Source: Macrostomum lignano
Lineage: Eukaryota
Assembly: GCA_002269645.1 (NCBI GenBank)
Contig: NIVC01000084.1
Location: 868,001 to 932,000 of the forward strand
Length of the DNA: 64,000 nucleotides
Reading direction: 5' to 3'
Shown: positions 45,401 through 57,560 of the stretch, piece by piece
Position numbering within the stretch: the stretch's first letter is position 1
How the letters are laid out: each line of letters opens with the position of its first letter
Translations under genes and position numbers: made by a program
Notes under the pieces: generated by a model
The model's database searches: none
What the model was told of the DNA's origin: nothing
The model's input: the letters and a program-made list of their open reading frames with translations, nothing else

Positions 45401-47698
45401 TTATAGTAGTAGCATCCAATTGGAAACTCTAAAAAGTTGAAATTAAATGTATAGCAGGTGAGACCAAGTTGGCACACAAAGGTTTGTGGTTTAACAAAAC
45501 GTGCAAAAATATTCTGCTGCAGAAGACGGATGAGATCCAATGAACTCAATTAAGCAAACTCACTCGGAATAACCGGGTAGACCTTCGCTCCCTGCTTCTT
45601 TTCATCTGAAAAGGCAAAATCGTTGAATTCAGTAGAGAATATCTTATTAGCTCGTACATTAGCTCAGATTTTCGGGTCAGTGGTCGCGTGTGTCCATTCA
45701 GATTATCTAGCCGTTTGACTGGCAGTGACCGTAGCTAACATTAATGTGCTTCTCCTTGACTGTACGTTGTGCAATCAAATTTGAGCAGCATGGGTGCATT
45801 TTACTGTACCAGTGATTGACTGCTCGTGACTGCCCGACTATGCGGATTGTAAAATGAAAAGTTATAGCATAAGGCCGTTTTCGTTCATCTGTCAATATAT
45901 TAGGCATAATAGCCGCGTTTTAGGCACATAGTATCAGGCATACGCTCGGAAGGTCGGCTGTTCGAGTCTGCATTGAAGCAGATAATTTATTTATGTGACC
46001 AGAGTATAAGAGTTAGAAATCTGAAATTCACCTAAGCCTGAAGATAGGTAGAAAATTATCAAATGCCCAGGCACAGGGAAGGGCGAGACAGAAAAGCACA
46101 ATGAAAGTCCTATAGATTGCTATTAGAAGGGTGAATAGAAGCAGCATTAAGATAATTAATCAAACTGTCAAGTCAAATTTGAATGACCAAATCTAAGAAA
46201 GCCACACCCGCCGCAGGCACAATGGCGCTCAAACCGGCTGGGAGAAGCAAACTGGGGAGAGGCCCAAATTAGACAGCAAACGAAGTTAAAAGAGCGATCG
46301 GCACGTGGCAGAATCTGGCGAACACTGGGGGAGAATCAGAAGGTCCGCCCACTGACCCCTATTCAACCTGGAGCTGCCCAAGAAGGCGAGATCAACCCCA
46401 AGAAGCTTGACAACCCGAACACCCCTACTATGGACAGAGCTAAGAGAAAAAACTTTTTCTTTATTCGAATAATTTTTCTGTAACCTCTCTATCCCAAAAT
46501 TTATCCAACTCAACGCATAGATTTGCAAAACCCCGAATAATCTCTAACCCACACACACTTAGCAACCTACTAGAACGAACTAAATTCGTGTACAACTAGT
46601 GGACTGAGTCCCAGATCTTTCTATTGCTTAAACCCCCCCCCCCCGGCGTTGCTCCGAGAGGTCAAAAATGCCAGTCTGTATAAAATAGACGCCCATCTCA
46701 AACTGGAGCAGCACGTAGCGTTTTCGGTAAGAGTGGTACTAATCTGCTAAACTGCAAGTGAACCATAGCAATAATTTTATTGAAAGCTGTTTTACTTAAA
46801 CAGAAGAAAACTCAACAAAAAAAGTTGAAGTGCCTGATCGAACATAAAAGGCTTATTGGGATTTGCTACGATGTCAAGACTGATAAGGGGAATTGGTACG
46901 AGTAAATGCACTAATCTGAGTTTTATGTAAAACATTAAGAAGCGTCAAAATAAAACAAAAGAAGTGCCATGTAAAACACCTAGCCCTAGGAATTGCGCAA
47001 TCTGCATGTAAAACATTAAAGCAGAGTCATGTATGAAAAGAAGCGTCATGTCAGACATAAGAGAAGCTTCATGTAATACATAAAAATTTGTCATGTCAAA
47101 AAAACAAGCCATGCATGTAAAGCATAAAGGTAGCGTCATGTCGAGGAACATAGAAGATTTATTTGTCCTTGGGAATTGCTTCGATGTCAAGTCTCAATTG
47201 CTATAACGCTGTGACTCTTGAGGAGAATTTTACTGAGTGAGATGTCAAGGCTCACGGGGGGATTGTTGCAGATGTCAGGGCTCACGGGGGGATTGCTGCA
47301 GATGTCAAGGCTCACGGGGGAGAATGGCTGAGAATTGGGGGGTGCTGATTGCTAGTTTGAGATTCCATACGCTTTAACTTTGCAGCTTAAATTTGAAAAT
47401 CGGCACCATAAAAAATCCCTGTATTGTAGAGATGAATTGTTATGCCTATGATCCAATTTTGAAACTGCTACTAATTTATATTTCTTAAGTTCAAGAAGTC
47501 CATTGAAAGTGTCGAAAAGACGTTAACTACTAAAGCTACTTTTCCAGCTAGTATACTATCATGATCAATGCATTCTTGCAAGCTAAAGCGCAAATCAAAG
47601 GCAAGAAAAAATCTGTACTCACGTATTGAGGACGGGGAGCTCAAAGTATTGTAGATGCCTGCGCTCATACAGAACAGAAGCAGAACCGTTCGGAACAT
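42409..47698 (-). CDS. Secreted protein: signal peptide plus 4 WSC (carbohydrate-binding) domains, 6 exons, about 470 aa
   Basis: Exons 47698-47623 (MFRTVLLLFCMSAGIYNTLSSPSSI, donor C|GTGAGT), 45428-45111, 44576-44265, 43772-43461, 42953-42642 and 42491-42409 (tentative); all introns phase 1, total 1413 nt. Each domain has the 8-Cys pattern GCY...C..EC...YF.IANGDRC.C...C...C...CGG...Y typical of WSC. Confidence 0.85.
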
Positions 47699-48887
47699 GC
47701 TTAGGTCGAGGTGAATAAAATCAGTCTGATCGGCGCAAACTGTTGCTGAACTTATTAAGAAATGTTTCTTGTTTCTCCTACAGAGCTGTCTGGTCAAGTT
47801 TTGTGAAAAGTGCAAATTCAGCTTATCGAAAGTAGAAATCCTGAGAGCTCAGGGCTCGGGATCAGCAATATAAAAGGGTCCGAGTCGCCCCTTTCAGCCA
47901 CAGACGATACTGTACAATTCCATGGGCAGCACGATCGATAGTTGATCGCCACTTGGTTTTGGGCCATAGACAAGTGAGCAGAAAGGGCAGGAATGAATGA
48001 TTCCTGCACGGGCACGAGTGCGGGAATAGTACATTTATCTCTAGGTTTCGAGTGCCATAGACTATTTACGCACGAAGGAACCTAGTGATAGATTCATTGA
48101 TTTATGGGCAAAGCATTTATGTGCAAAATGCATGTACGGACTGTGTCCAGTTGTTTGTACAAGCGTCTTCGAAATTTTGTACACTACATGATCGGTTTCG
48201 CAAAAAAACTGACTTGGCTATATTGTGGTACGCGAGGCCTCCGACTATTCCCACCGAATGTAACTTTTATTTTTCCTTTGTGTGGGTTGTTCACCCAGTG
48301 AAATCTTTACAGTTTGTGGTTGACGTCATTTCCCTGTGTGGAAATTCCTTTTGCCTCTTAGTGTACTTCGGGAGCCCAACCCTTGTATTCTTCTTGCGTT
48401 GTTATGATGCGTTCTTTACTACTATAAGACAGCTTCTTAGTAATCAAGGAACAATCACTTCTTGCTACTGCTAGGCAACCCAGTAATCAAATGAAGGTAT
48501 TTATTGCCTTGTGAGTTATGATTCCTTGAGAGTAGTTCTCTTGCAACTCGCCATTCCTTGATTTCAGTAGTTCACGTACCTTGAGTCTGTAGTTCTGGTC
48601 CAATTTCCTTCTTGTATTCCTTGAAGTTGTCACCAGCCGGTATCTGTAGTTCGGACCAATAGGAAGCTTCGAAATAACAATGGGGAGCACTGTGGTTTCA
48701 AATAAGCCTTCTCCTAGCAGTGCATGGCTTAATCCACTCTAGGTATAGCTCCGGTAATCATTGATAGTCTTCTGGAGGCTATCAGGGTAGTCCTTCTGGA
48801 GACTACAACCAATGGAGTCTCAAATAGACTCAGTCACAATATCAATTTGAGTCGACTCAGCACCTGGCGCAAATAATTAAGGCTTAC

Positions 48888-49016
48888 CGCAAATAACTCA
48901 GCCGAGTCCTGGTTGACTGGGTCTGAAGGAAGTCTACAGGCTTCCTTTTCGGAGCTCCTTCTCTCTGGAAGATTCTGAGGCTCGATCCCGTCCGCTTTGG
49001 ACCACTTGTATTTATA
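48888..49016 (-). promoter_or_regulatory. Candidate TATA box and non-coding first exon for the WSC gene
   Basis: Minus-strand CTATAAATAC at 49017-49008, then a consensus donor GCG|GTAAGC at 48888/48887, about 1.2 kb upstream of the ATG. Could instead be part of an LTR. Confidence 0.35.
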
Positions 49017-50406
49017 GAGAATCGGACCCCACGTGAGGTCGTTGGATACATTTTCTTAAACGTCAAAGGTTCACGCTTTGGTTGCTGTCAAGCCTGACAG
49101 GGTAGAAAGTGAAGCAACTATTATGTAGTCTACTGTAAACGCGCATGATTGCATGGTTACAGTAGCGCTGGGTTATTTTTGATTGGTTCATTCGGTGCAG
49201 ACCGAATGATGATCAATCGCTGCTGGGGTTTAAAACTGACAATTGTAGGTCACGCGTGATTGGTTGGTTGTAAAATTAAAAAGCATTTTATGACTAGTGC
49301 CTTTTTCAAATTGGTTGACAAAATTACGCATGTGATTCAATACTTATTCAAGAATTACAGTAAGATTACAGTTTTTCTGATACAGTATACTCTGAATAAA
49401 ATGCTTAAGTAGTACGTTTCTGTGGAAGTACATGTCGAACACCTACATGTACATGTACTATCAGGTGGATTGCCGCGCCACCTGGTGTATCCGTTCTTTT
49501 CCCATTCGTGCAACACTCTCTTCCACCCGGGGTAACGCTTCCTCTCTCGGTGATCGACTCATGAGAGTAGCTAGAGCGGCCGTATTTAAAGAGTCTTCGC
49601 CCCTCTTTCCCACCAGACTCGAGTGGAATAACATCGTTGGAACATTCCGATTTGGTTGAAATCTTTTTAACAGGGAGTTGGCGGAGTTGCCTGGGCGATG
49701 GAATCGAAATGCCACACACGAAGTTTCCCAGAATGGGGAGCAAGCTAGTCAGCTGAAACTTCGACCTTAATCCTTTTCAGCCCAACCCTACTGAGCCCCA
49801 TAGCAGCAGCTTTTAGAGGGTAAAAACCATTGTAACCCCGGTCGAAAAATTAATTTCGTTGCTTTAAAGGATTTGCGCAGATCTGTTAATTGTTTTGAAT
49901 TGTAAAACCTGCCCGATGTGTTTTTAATATCTGCCAGACGGACAGACAGACAGACACACAGACACAGACAGACAGACAGACAGACAGGCAGGCAGACAGA
50001 CAGGCAGACAGACAGACAGACAGACACAGCCAGAATATTTGCAAGAAAATCTATACCCATGCGCTTGAACGCACTCGAAAGTGCCGCTCAGTGTCAGAGT
50101 CGATCAGACTGACTCTTATCAGATCCGAACAAACGCATGAGAAGCCATGACTGGAAATTGGAAAGTCAAGAATGGTTTTGAGTCACTGATATTACACACT
50201 TCCACTCCGGCTGGTCAATGACGCATAGAAAGTCGTAGCTAGTCTGCATTCCTTTGGTCAAGATTTTGACTTCTGTGGCAGGAATTTGTTAGTATGAAAT
50301 CCATCTTTCGAATGCAGTTTTGCCCAGCCGCGGGAATCTTTTATCAATCCCTTAATATCATAGCTTAGAGGAGGCTGTGCTGCGATCCCCGTGGCAGATT
50401 AAATAC

Positions 50407-50445
<39 letters not shown>

Positions 50446-51397
50446 CGCGCCCCGCTGACCCAGCGAACAACCCCAACCCCCCCCCCGCTGTGTGAGTCAT
50501 TATAATTAATGCCCCTTAAAACCAACCATGGACAACTAGAATATTGGTTGCGACGTCACAGTCAACTTATTAGTTAAAACGGTTAGTGTCACAGCATCAA
50601 TAATATTCTCGGCTCGGACCTTCACAATGCGTTACAGCTGATTATAAAGAGTAGTAGTACATAAGCGACAACTTTGACAGATTGTAAATGCACCAGCAGA
50701 TAATCTTCAAAGTCAAGATAGCTAAGTGCGCGGTCAACCCCCCCCCCTCCCCGAGGCCGGGGAGCCATAAAGGCATGGCTTAACTGAAGGTTCTGAATTT
50801 ATTATTGCAAGATCGTAAAAAATTCACCACTCCCGTTAGGGGCTTCTTTCTAAGAAAACCGACTATTTCGATCGAATATGATTCGATTGTCAAGACCAAG
50901 CGGCGTTGTATAAAGTGTTATAAGCGAGATAAAAAATAAAACACAAATATTCGAGTCAATTATAATCCAGTGCCGGTGTGTAGAGTTGTAAATCCTGCTT
51001 AGCAACTAACATTATAGGTAAGATCGTTAAATTTAGGTCGGATTTGCATCGTTCCCACTTGGTGTTTTGACGTATTGGTTTTCTTACGCCAAGAGTCACA
51101 ATGAGAGTTCAGAGTTTAGAAAACGGTCATAAGGATTTCAAAATGATAGCAGTTTTAAACTTAAATGTAGCTTATAGGAAGTTAGTATAAGGTCATACTA
51201 ATAGCGCTATTTAGGTTTAAATGACTTAAATTAAAAATATGATCATACGGCTTTTACATGTAAATCATAGATTTCTAATTTCGGTCATAGAATTTTAAAG
51301 ACTGTCATAGAACTTAAATGACTTCTTATACGGTTTAACAAATTTTCGTAAGGTTTGACTAACTGTCATGGTTGAAGGTTCATCCAGATTCGAAAAG

Positions 51398-51895
51398 GGT
51401 CATACAGTCTGACAGAGGGTCATATAGTCTTCAAGAGGTCATTCAGTCTGACAGAGGGTCATACAGTCTTCAAGAGGGTCATACAGTCTGACAGAGGGTC
51501 ATAAGTCTAACAGAGGGTCATACAGTCTAACAGAGGGTCATACAGTCTGACGGAGGGTGATAAAGTCTAACGGAGGGTCATACAGTCTAACGGAGGGTCA
51601 TACAGTCTGACGGAGGGTCATAAAGTCTAACGGAGGGTCATACAGTCTAGCGGAGGGTCATACAGTCTGACGGAGGGTCATAAAGTCTAACGGAGGGTCA
51701 TCCAGTCTGACAGAGGGTCATACAGTCTAACGGAGGGTCATACAGTCTAACGGAGGGTCATACAGTCTAACAGAGGGTCATACAGTCTAGCGGAGGGTCA
51801 TCCAGTCTGACAGAGGGTCATACAGTCTAGCGGAGGGTCATCCAGTCTGACAGAGGGTCATACAGTCTAGCGGAGGGTCATCCAGTCTGACAGAG
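51398..51895. repeat. 20-bp GGGTCATACAGTCT minisatellite (copy 2)
   Basis: Paralog of 32095-32650. Confidence 0.95.
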
Positions 51896-52025
51896 GACAT
51901 TTTATGAAGAGTTTCAAATTATAGGGTTATTGACAATAAAGGAAACGGTCATACGAGAGATCCCAATTACACCATCAATAATGTAATACAGAATCTAATT
52001 AGAAAATACTCCACTCCTCTCTCAC

Positions 52026-52236
52026 CGGACGAATCAGTGTCAGCGTCAGTCCAATGCCGATTGAAATTCGGAATCATTCTTCGCCTGCAAGGTCGCCCTG
52101 TTTGAGCGGCTGCTGCGAGTGCATTATCGTCGGCAGGTGTGACAGCAGTAGCGAATCTTGTCCTCTTTAGTTGGCCGGAGGCGCCGTCAGCCAAGATGGC
52201 AACCGACTGCAGATGCGACGATTTACTTTTAATCAT
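52026..52236 (-). CDS. Duplicate of the putative first exon 32781-32991
   Basis: Same 211-nt length, ATG and G|GTGAGA donor retained. Confidence 0.45.
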
Positions 52237-52439
52237 TGGCGAATTAATTTGAATCTCATGATGCGTGTCGGTTGTTTTGCGTGACTTATATCGTTACATG
52301 ATGTAGCTGGCTTAGCTATGCGCCAGCTCAACCAGCCAATGAGAGAAGAGGAAGGCCACACTGTGTAAAGCCGAGGTTTGAAGATCAATTTTATCTCAAC
52401 GGCCAGATAAACAATCTAGCGTATGACTGCGAACTGCGA

Positions 52440-53278
52440 GAGAAGAGAGGGAGAAGAAGACAGATAGGAAGAGACAAGAGAGGGAGAGGGAGACAGATAG
52501 GAAGAGACAAGAGAGGGAGAGGGAGACAGATAGGAAGAGACAAGAGAGGGAGAAGGAGACAGAGAGGATGAGAGGATCGAGAGAGGGAGAAGGAGACAGA
52601 GAGGATGAGAGGATCGAGAGGGTGAAGGAGACAGAGGATGAGAGAAGAGAGGGAGAAGGAGACAGAGAGGATGAGAGGATCGAGAGAGGGAGAAGGAGAC
52701 AGAGAGGATGAGAGGATCGAGAGGGAGAAGGAGACAGAGGATGAGAGAAGAGAGGGAGAAGAAGACAGATAGGAAGAGAGGAGAGAGGGAGAAGGAGACA
52801 GAGAGGATGAGAGGAGAGAGGGAGAAGGAGACAGAGAGGATGAGAGGATCGAGAGGGAGAAGGAGACAGAGAGGATGAGAGGATCGAGAGAGGGAGAAGG
52901 AGACAGAGAGGATGAGAGGATCGAGAGGGAGAAGGAGACAGAGAGGATGAGAGGATCGAGAGGGAGAAGGAGACAGAGGATGAGAGAAGAGAGGGAGAAG
53001 GAGACAGAGAGGATGAGAGGATCGAGAGAGGGAGAAGGAGACAGAGAGGATGAGAGGATCGAGAGGGAGAAGGAGACAGAGGATGAGAGAAGAGAGGGAG
53101 AAGGAGACAGAGGATGAGAGAAGAGAGGGAGAAGGAGACAGAGAGGATGAGAGGATCGAGAGAGGGAGAAGGAGACAGAGAGGATGAGAGGATCGAGAGG
53201 GAGAAGGAGACAGAGGATGAGAGAAGAGAGGGAGAAGGAGACAGAGGATGAGAGAAGAGAGGGAGGAGACAGAGAGGA
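52440..53278. repeat. GA-rich minisatellite (copy 2)
   Basis: Paralog of 33222-33615, about twice as long. Confidence 0.93.
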
Positions 53279-55065
53279 ACGAAGAAAGACAATGGATAGT
53301 AAAAAAGGGGATAGCGGAGCACTGGCAAAGGTGCAGGGGAATCGTTCATCCAAGCAAAGTCAATATAAAATGTTGCTTTCTGGTGGAAGCTCTGAAAGCT
53401 GACCTGTATGCATCGTTTTTTAGTCTTCAGATCGTTGCAGTGCTATATATAATTTAATGTGGTATATATTATAGCTACCGACAACTGATAAAGGGATATA
53501 GCCTGGCTGTCGTCAGATCCATTCAAAATAGGCTTGCACAGATATCGAGTAGAAAAGGTCATTCGAGGTCAGCGCAATTTTTGACATTTTTTATTATTTA
53601 TAAGGGAGAAACCTTATTTAGAACTGACTGGTACACACAACAGATGTTAACAATCCCATAACGCGAGTATGAACACGATCTTGAACTGTATAAATATACT
53701 GTAGGCTTAGTCTTTGTTCGCACCTCAACCCCTACAACCTCTCGAAAGCAGCATTATATTTGTGCACGCAGTGTAATCATTTGAATAATCTGTAAACATG
53801 TGCTTGGTGCTTTAGTAGTGCAATGACAAGTGTGGGGTTCATGAAGCGAGCGTATACTGTAACTACCTATAAAGTCAAACTTGTTTTCTAGCGAAGGTGA
53901 AAATAGACAATTAATTATAGCTCTCGTTATAGCTACCGATTTATTGCATGTACATGTAGGTGAAAATTATAACAAAACCGCAACTCGTACAAGTGGTTTT
54001 ATACTCTATACAGTAAATTTATAGGGTAAAATTGACGCTTAAAAAATGGCTTCTTGAAAATGTAAGGTCAAGTGGCAGTTTTTTTAATTGCAATTTCAGC
54101 TGCATAGAACGTACGATACATGATGTTACATACGGTAGAATTAGCATGCAGAACTGAATTTTAATTATATCGCAAAACCCATTCCTAAATCGTAATTCTA
54201 ATTTGCAGGTTCTCCATGGCTAGACATGCAGCATAGTTGATCCGTTTTAGCGACATCGTCCCATCGAGACAGTTTGCATATTTCGTTGATTTGTCTCCTG
54301 AGCTGACGAGGCGCGTCATGCAATACACTGAACTTTTGGAGGCATGGCATGTACTACATGCAGTACGTGGTCAAACTGCATTAACAATTACCCTTTGCGG
54401 CCAATTTTCCTGCACACAAGAAGCTAGCCCAAATGAATGTGGTCGCCATATGCGCCACGAGTAGAAATTCGCGGGTGGTAGCGCGCAAGATTCAGACGAT
54501 CGATTGAGACGCGCAAATACGCGCGAGCAACATATCGTGATGTATAGCTTAGTAGAAGCTATATCACATGATGTATTTACATGTACTTACGTGAAGTACC
54601 CAATACTAGAAATAAAGACACAATAAACAAGCTCGAAATCTTTTATTCCACCAAAAAACTCTACTACTCCAACGATCGAGAACAAGCTTGTGCAGTCCAC
54701 ATCATTTATAATGTACAATTCAGAATTGAAGCAAAGGTGTTAAGGACCTTTTCTAGGCTTTGCTAGGCTTTTTCTAATTTTACAATGCGTTCTATCCAGA
54801 ATTTATCTGCGTATAGCCGGTATAGGCCAATGTCACAGGGGTGCTGATCGATTCGGGGACAGACAAATTTGGCGACAGATTCACCAACGACAAACTCAGT
54901 GAAGCCAATTCAACGACAACCTTTTAAATTCGGTGACAGAATAATTCTGTAAAATCTTATTAACTGTTTAGTACAATAGTGGAAAATAGAAATTAGATTT
55001 CTTTTCAATCGAGTTTTGTTTTATCAATTATTTATCCTGTTTATTATTTATTTCAAATGTGCTTT

Positions 55066-55422
55066 CTGTAGCAAGAACGGAGGCAGGACACTAAATTTGA
55101 CTTTGAGCCTTTACCGCCCAATCACAAGCTTGCACAGCTGCCTGCTTACTAGGCACACTCTACATGTAAAGCATAGCCAGTAACAGTTCGAGCTATGATT
55201 CAGCATTTATTAGATTCACCATCGAGCTAAGGCGATGAAATTCAGCTGATATAAAGTTACGAATATAAAGTATTGAACGAAACGAAAATATACGAGTGTT
55301 ATTACATTGCGACGCGATTACTTTGCTTTACTTAACACACGCCTCGAGTTGGCACCAATTTAAATTACGAAATTAAGGTGTACTATACATTTCGAAGAAG
55401 TTTTCATCTATTCTCGAATAAC
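55066..55422 (+). mobile_element. Copy-2-specific 357-bp insertion, LTR-like
   Basis: Absent at about 35368 in copy 1; begins TGTAGC (55067), A-rich tail ending ATTACA (55306), then TTGCGAC (weakly PBS-like). No clear TSD. Confidence 0.35.
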
Positions 55423-56509
55423 GAACGGACACGCGAATCGCGATGTCTATTTTGATCAGAAACAAAGTTACTACTTTAGCTATAACCTACAAGTGGGTGA
55501 TGTGTTGCTATTGCTGGTTTGGTCTCTTTTCAAAAGTATTTTTCTAGTTTCTTTGTAGGCAGGCTCTAGCCTAATTAAAAGTTTTGGTAGGAAGGAATAA
55601 GGACATGCACAAATTTGGCAAGAAACAAGTTTGGTGACAGATATTTAACATGGATAAATTTGTTCATAAGTCTTTTTAAGTCTGATTTATTAATTGCAGC
55701 CAACGCTTTAGATATAGGCCTAAGCTGGCTATCCTGCAGTGCAGAATCGTTTGTTAAATTCACTTATTCACTGTATGCACATTTTTTAGCTAGGCCCCTA
55801 TTGACATAAAACTTTCCAAAAATGAATGTTTATGCCAACATTTTAAAAGAATTTAGAAGTGTTTATATTTGTTAGTTCAAGGGCTGGGCGAAACTCTTAA
55901 GGTGGCAAAATCTATGTTGAGGCAGAAGGTCGTCTGCCAGCCATTTTTAATTGGAAAGCACTATTCGCAATGACGCTGATGCAATATTTGCAGCTTAGCA
56001 GTGCCCCTCTCTTTAAAGCATCAGAGTTTGTAACTAATTTTGGCCATAGATACATTTTTTGCCAGTGACATCAGCGCACAAATTCAAAATTGCAAAATTG
56101 TTAATAGTTGTTAAATTTTGAAAAAAATTGAAAAACCTAGAAATTGCAATAAAAGTTAACTTACAACCCCCTACAAATAGAATCTAAAATGCCAAAACAC
56201 TTCTAAAATGTTAGCATAATGAAAGTATTCATTTTTGGCAAGTTTCATATTAATAGGCAATAGCTAAAAAATATGCATAGGGGCCTATAGGCCCAGTGAA
56301 TTTAGTAAATGATTTTGCAAGATAGCCCCTTAGCCATCTATTAGACCAACCCCTTAACAGAGGATTGGCTATCCTCTATTAAAAGTAGCCAGACTTCTTG
56401 AACTTTAGGTAGATAAAATAGTTGCAGTTTTGATAGGATCATAATTTTGTCTCTCTAGGGGTTTTTTATGGTGCTGATTTCAAATTTGAGCTTGTTTTTC
56501 GTAGCTTAA

Positions 56510-57560
56510 AGCCAACCACTGGGTCATGGGAAATAGGGGGTTCTGGGTAGGGAAAATCTTTATGGGGATTGATTTTATCTACTTAAACTTCAATAGAGGC
56601 ATAGGGATCTATTGAAGATTAGGTAGGCCTAGGTAAATTCTAAACCTAAGGGTGGTCTAATGAGGGGGGGGGGGGTCTGACAAGGGGAGGTGGGCCAATA
56701 ACTACCAACCACTAGGACATAGGAAATGGGGGGTTTTAGGGCAAGGAGAATCTTCATAGAGATTGATTTTATCTACTTAAACTTCAATAGAGGCATGGGG
56801 ATCTATTGAAGATTAGGTAGATAAATTCTGAACCCAAGGGGGTCTGACAAGGGGAAGTAGGCCCCTATTGGAATAAATGTTAAAAACCTGTGGACGCGCG
56901 CTTTAGAAAAGAGTCAAACTATTTTACCGCGCTTTAGGATTATTAGAGATATTCCAAAAGATCTGCAGTTTTGTCGAAATCAAAATTCGCAAACTTTCCA
57001 AAATCAAAATTGAAATTTCCCAAAATCATAATTCAGAAAAACAAAGTTTAGTATGATCAACACTCACTTTTTTACTTTCAATTTACTGCTTAAGCAAAAA
57101 GAAAGTAGTTTATTTTTAGCAACTTTTTAGACACTACCAAAATTTTCACTTCTAATTTTTTTTCGAAATTGAAATTTGCTCCAAAAAATTTCAAGTTTTG
57201 GAAAATTGAAATTGAATTTTTGGAACATCTCTAAGCTTAACAAATTACAAGTGTATAAGCCCCTTCAACAGAGGTATTATACCCATTTCCATGTATATGT
57301 ATTTGCTAGAGCAGCAGCCAGTAAGAAAAGGCAGTGCGCATACAGGTGATGCCTTTGTGCGCGCGCTGCGCTTTAGAAAAATTTCAAAAGTGCGCCAGAC
57401 ACCGTCCGCGGTTTTACAACTTTTTCCTATAGGGAGGTAGGCTGATAACTACCAACCACTGGGACATGGGGAATGGGGGGCTTTAGGGTGGGGAGAATCT
57501 TCATGGGGATTGATTTTACATAGGGAAACTTCAATAAAGACATGGGTGTCTATTGTAGAT
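56510..57560. repeat. About 165-190-bp tandem repeat (3 units) interrupted by a MITE
   Basis: The block AACTACCAACCACT...GATTGATTTTA...AACTTCAATA...GATTAGGTAG recurs near 56510, 56700 and 57447. Confidence 0.8.
56863..57434. mobile_element. 572-bp MITE with about 33-bp imperfect TIRs and 8-bp TSD
   Basis: Left end CCCTATTGGAATAAATGTTAAAAACCTGTGGACG; right-end reverse complement CCCTATAGGAAAAAGTTGTAAAACCGCGGACG; TSD AAGTAGGC (56855-56862) / AGGTAGGC (57435-57442). Confidence 0.8.

Noticed and set aside
49475-49487. CTCF-like motif GCGCCACCTGGTG near the duplication breakpoint
   Set aside because: A single match in 64 kb is plausible by chance, and CTCF presence in this organism is not established.
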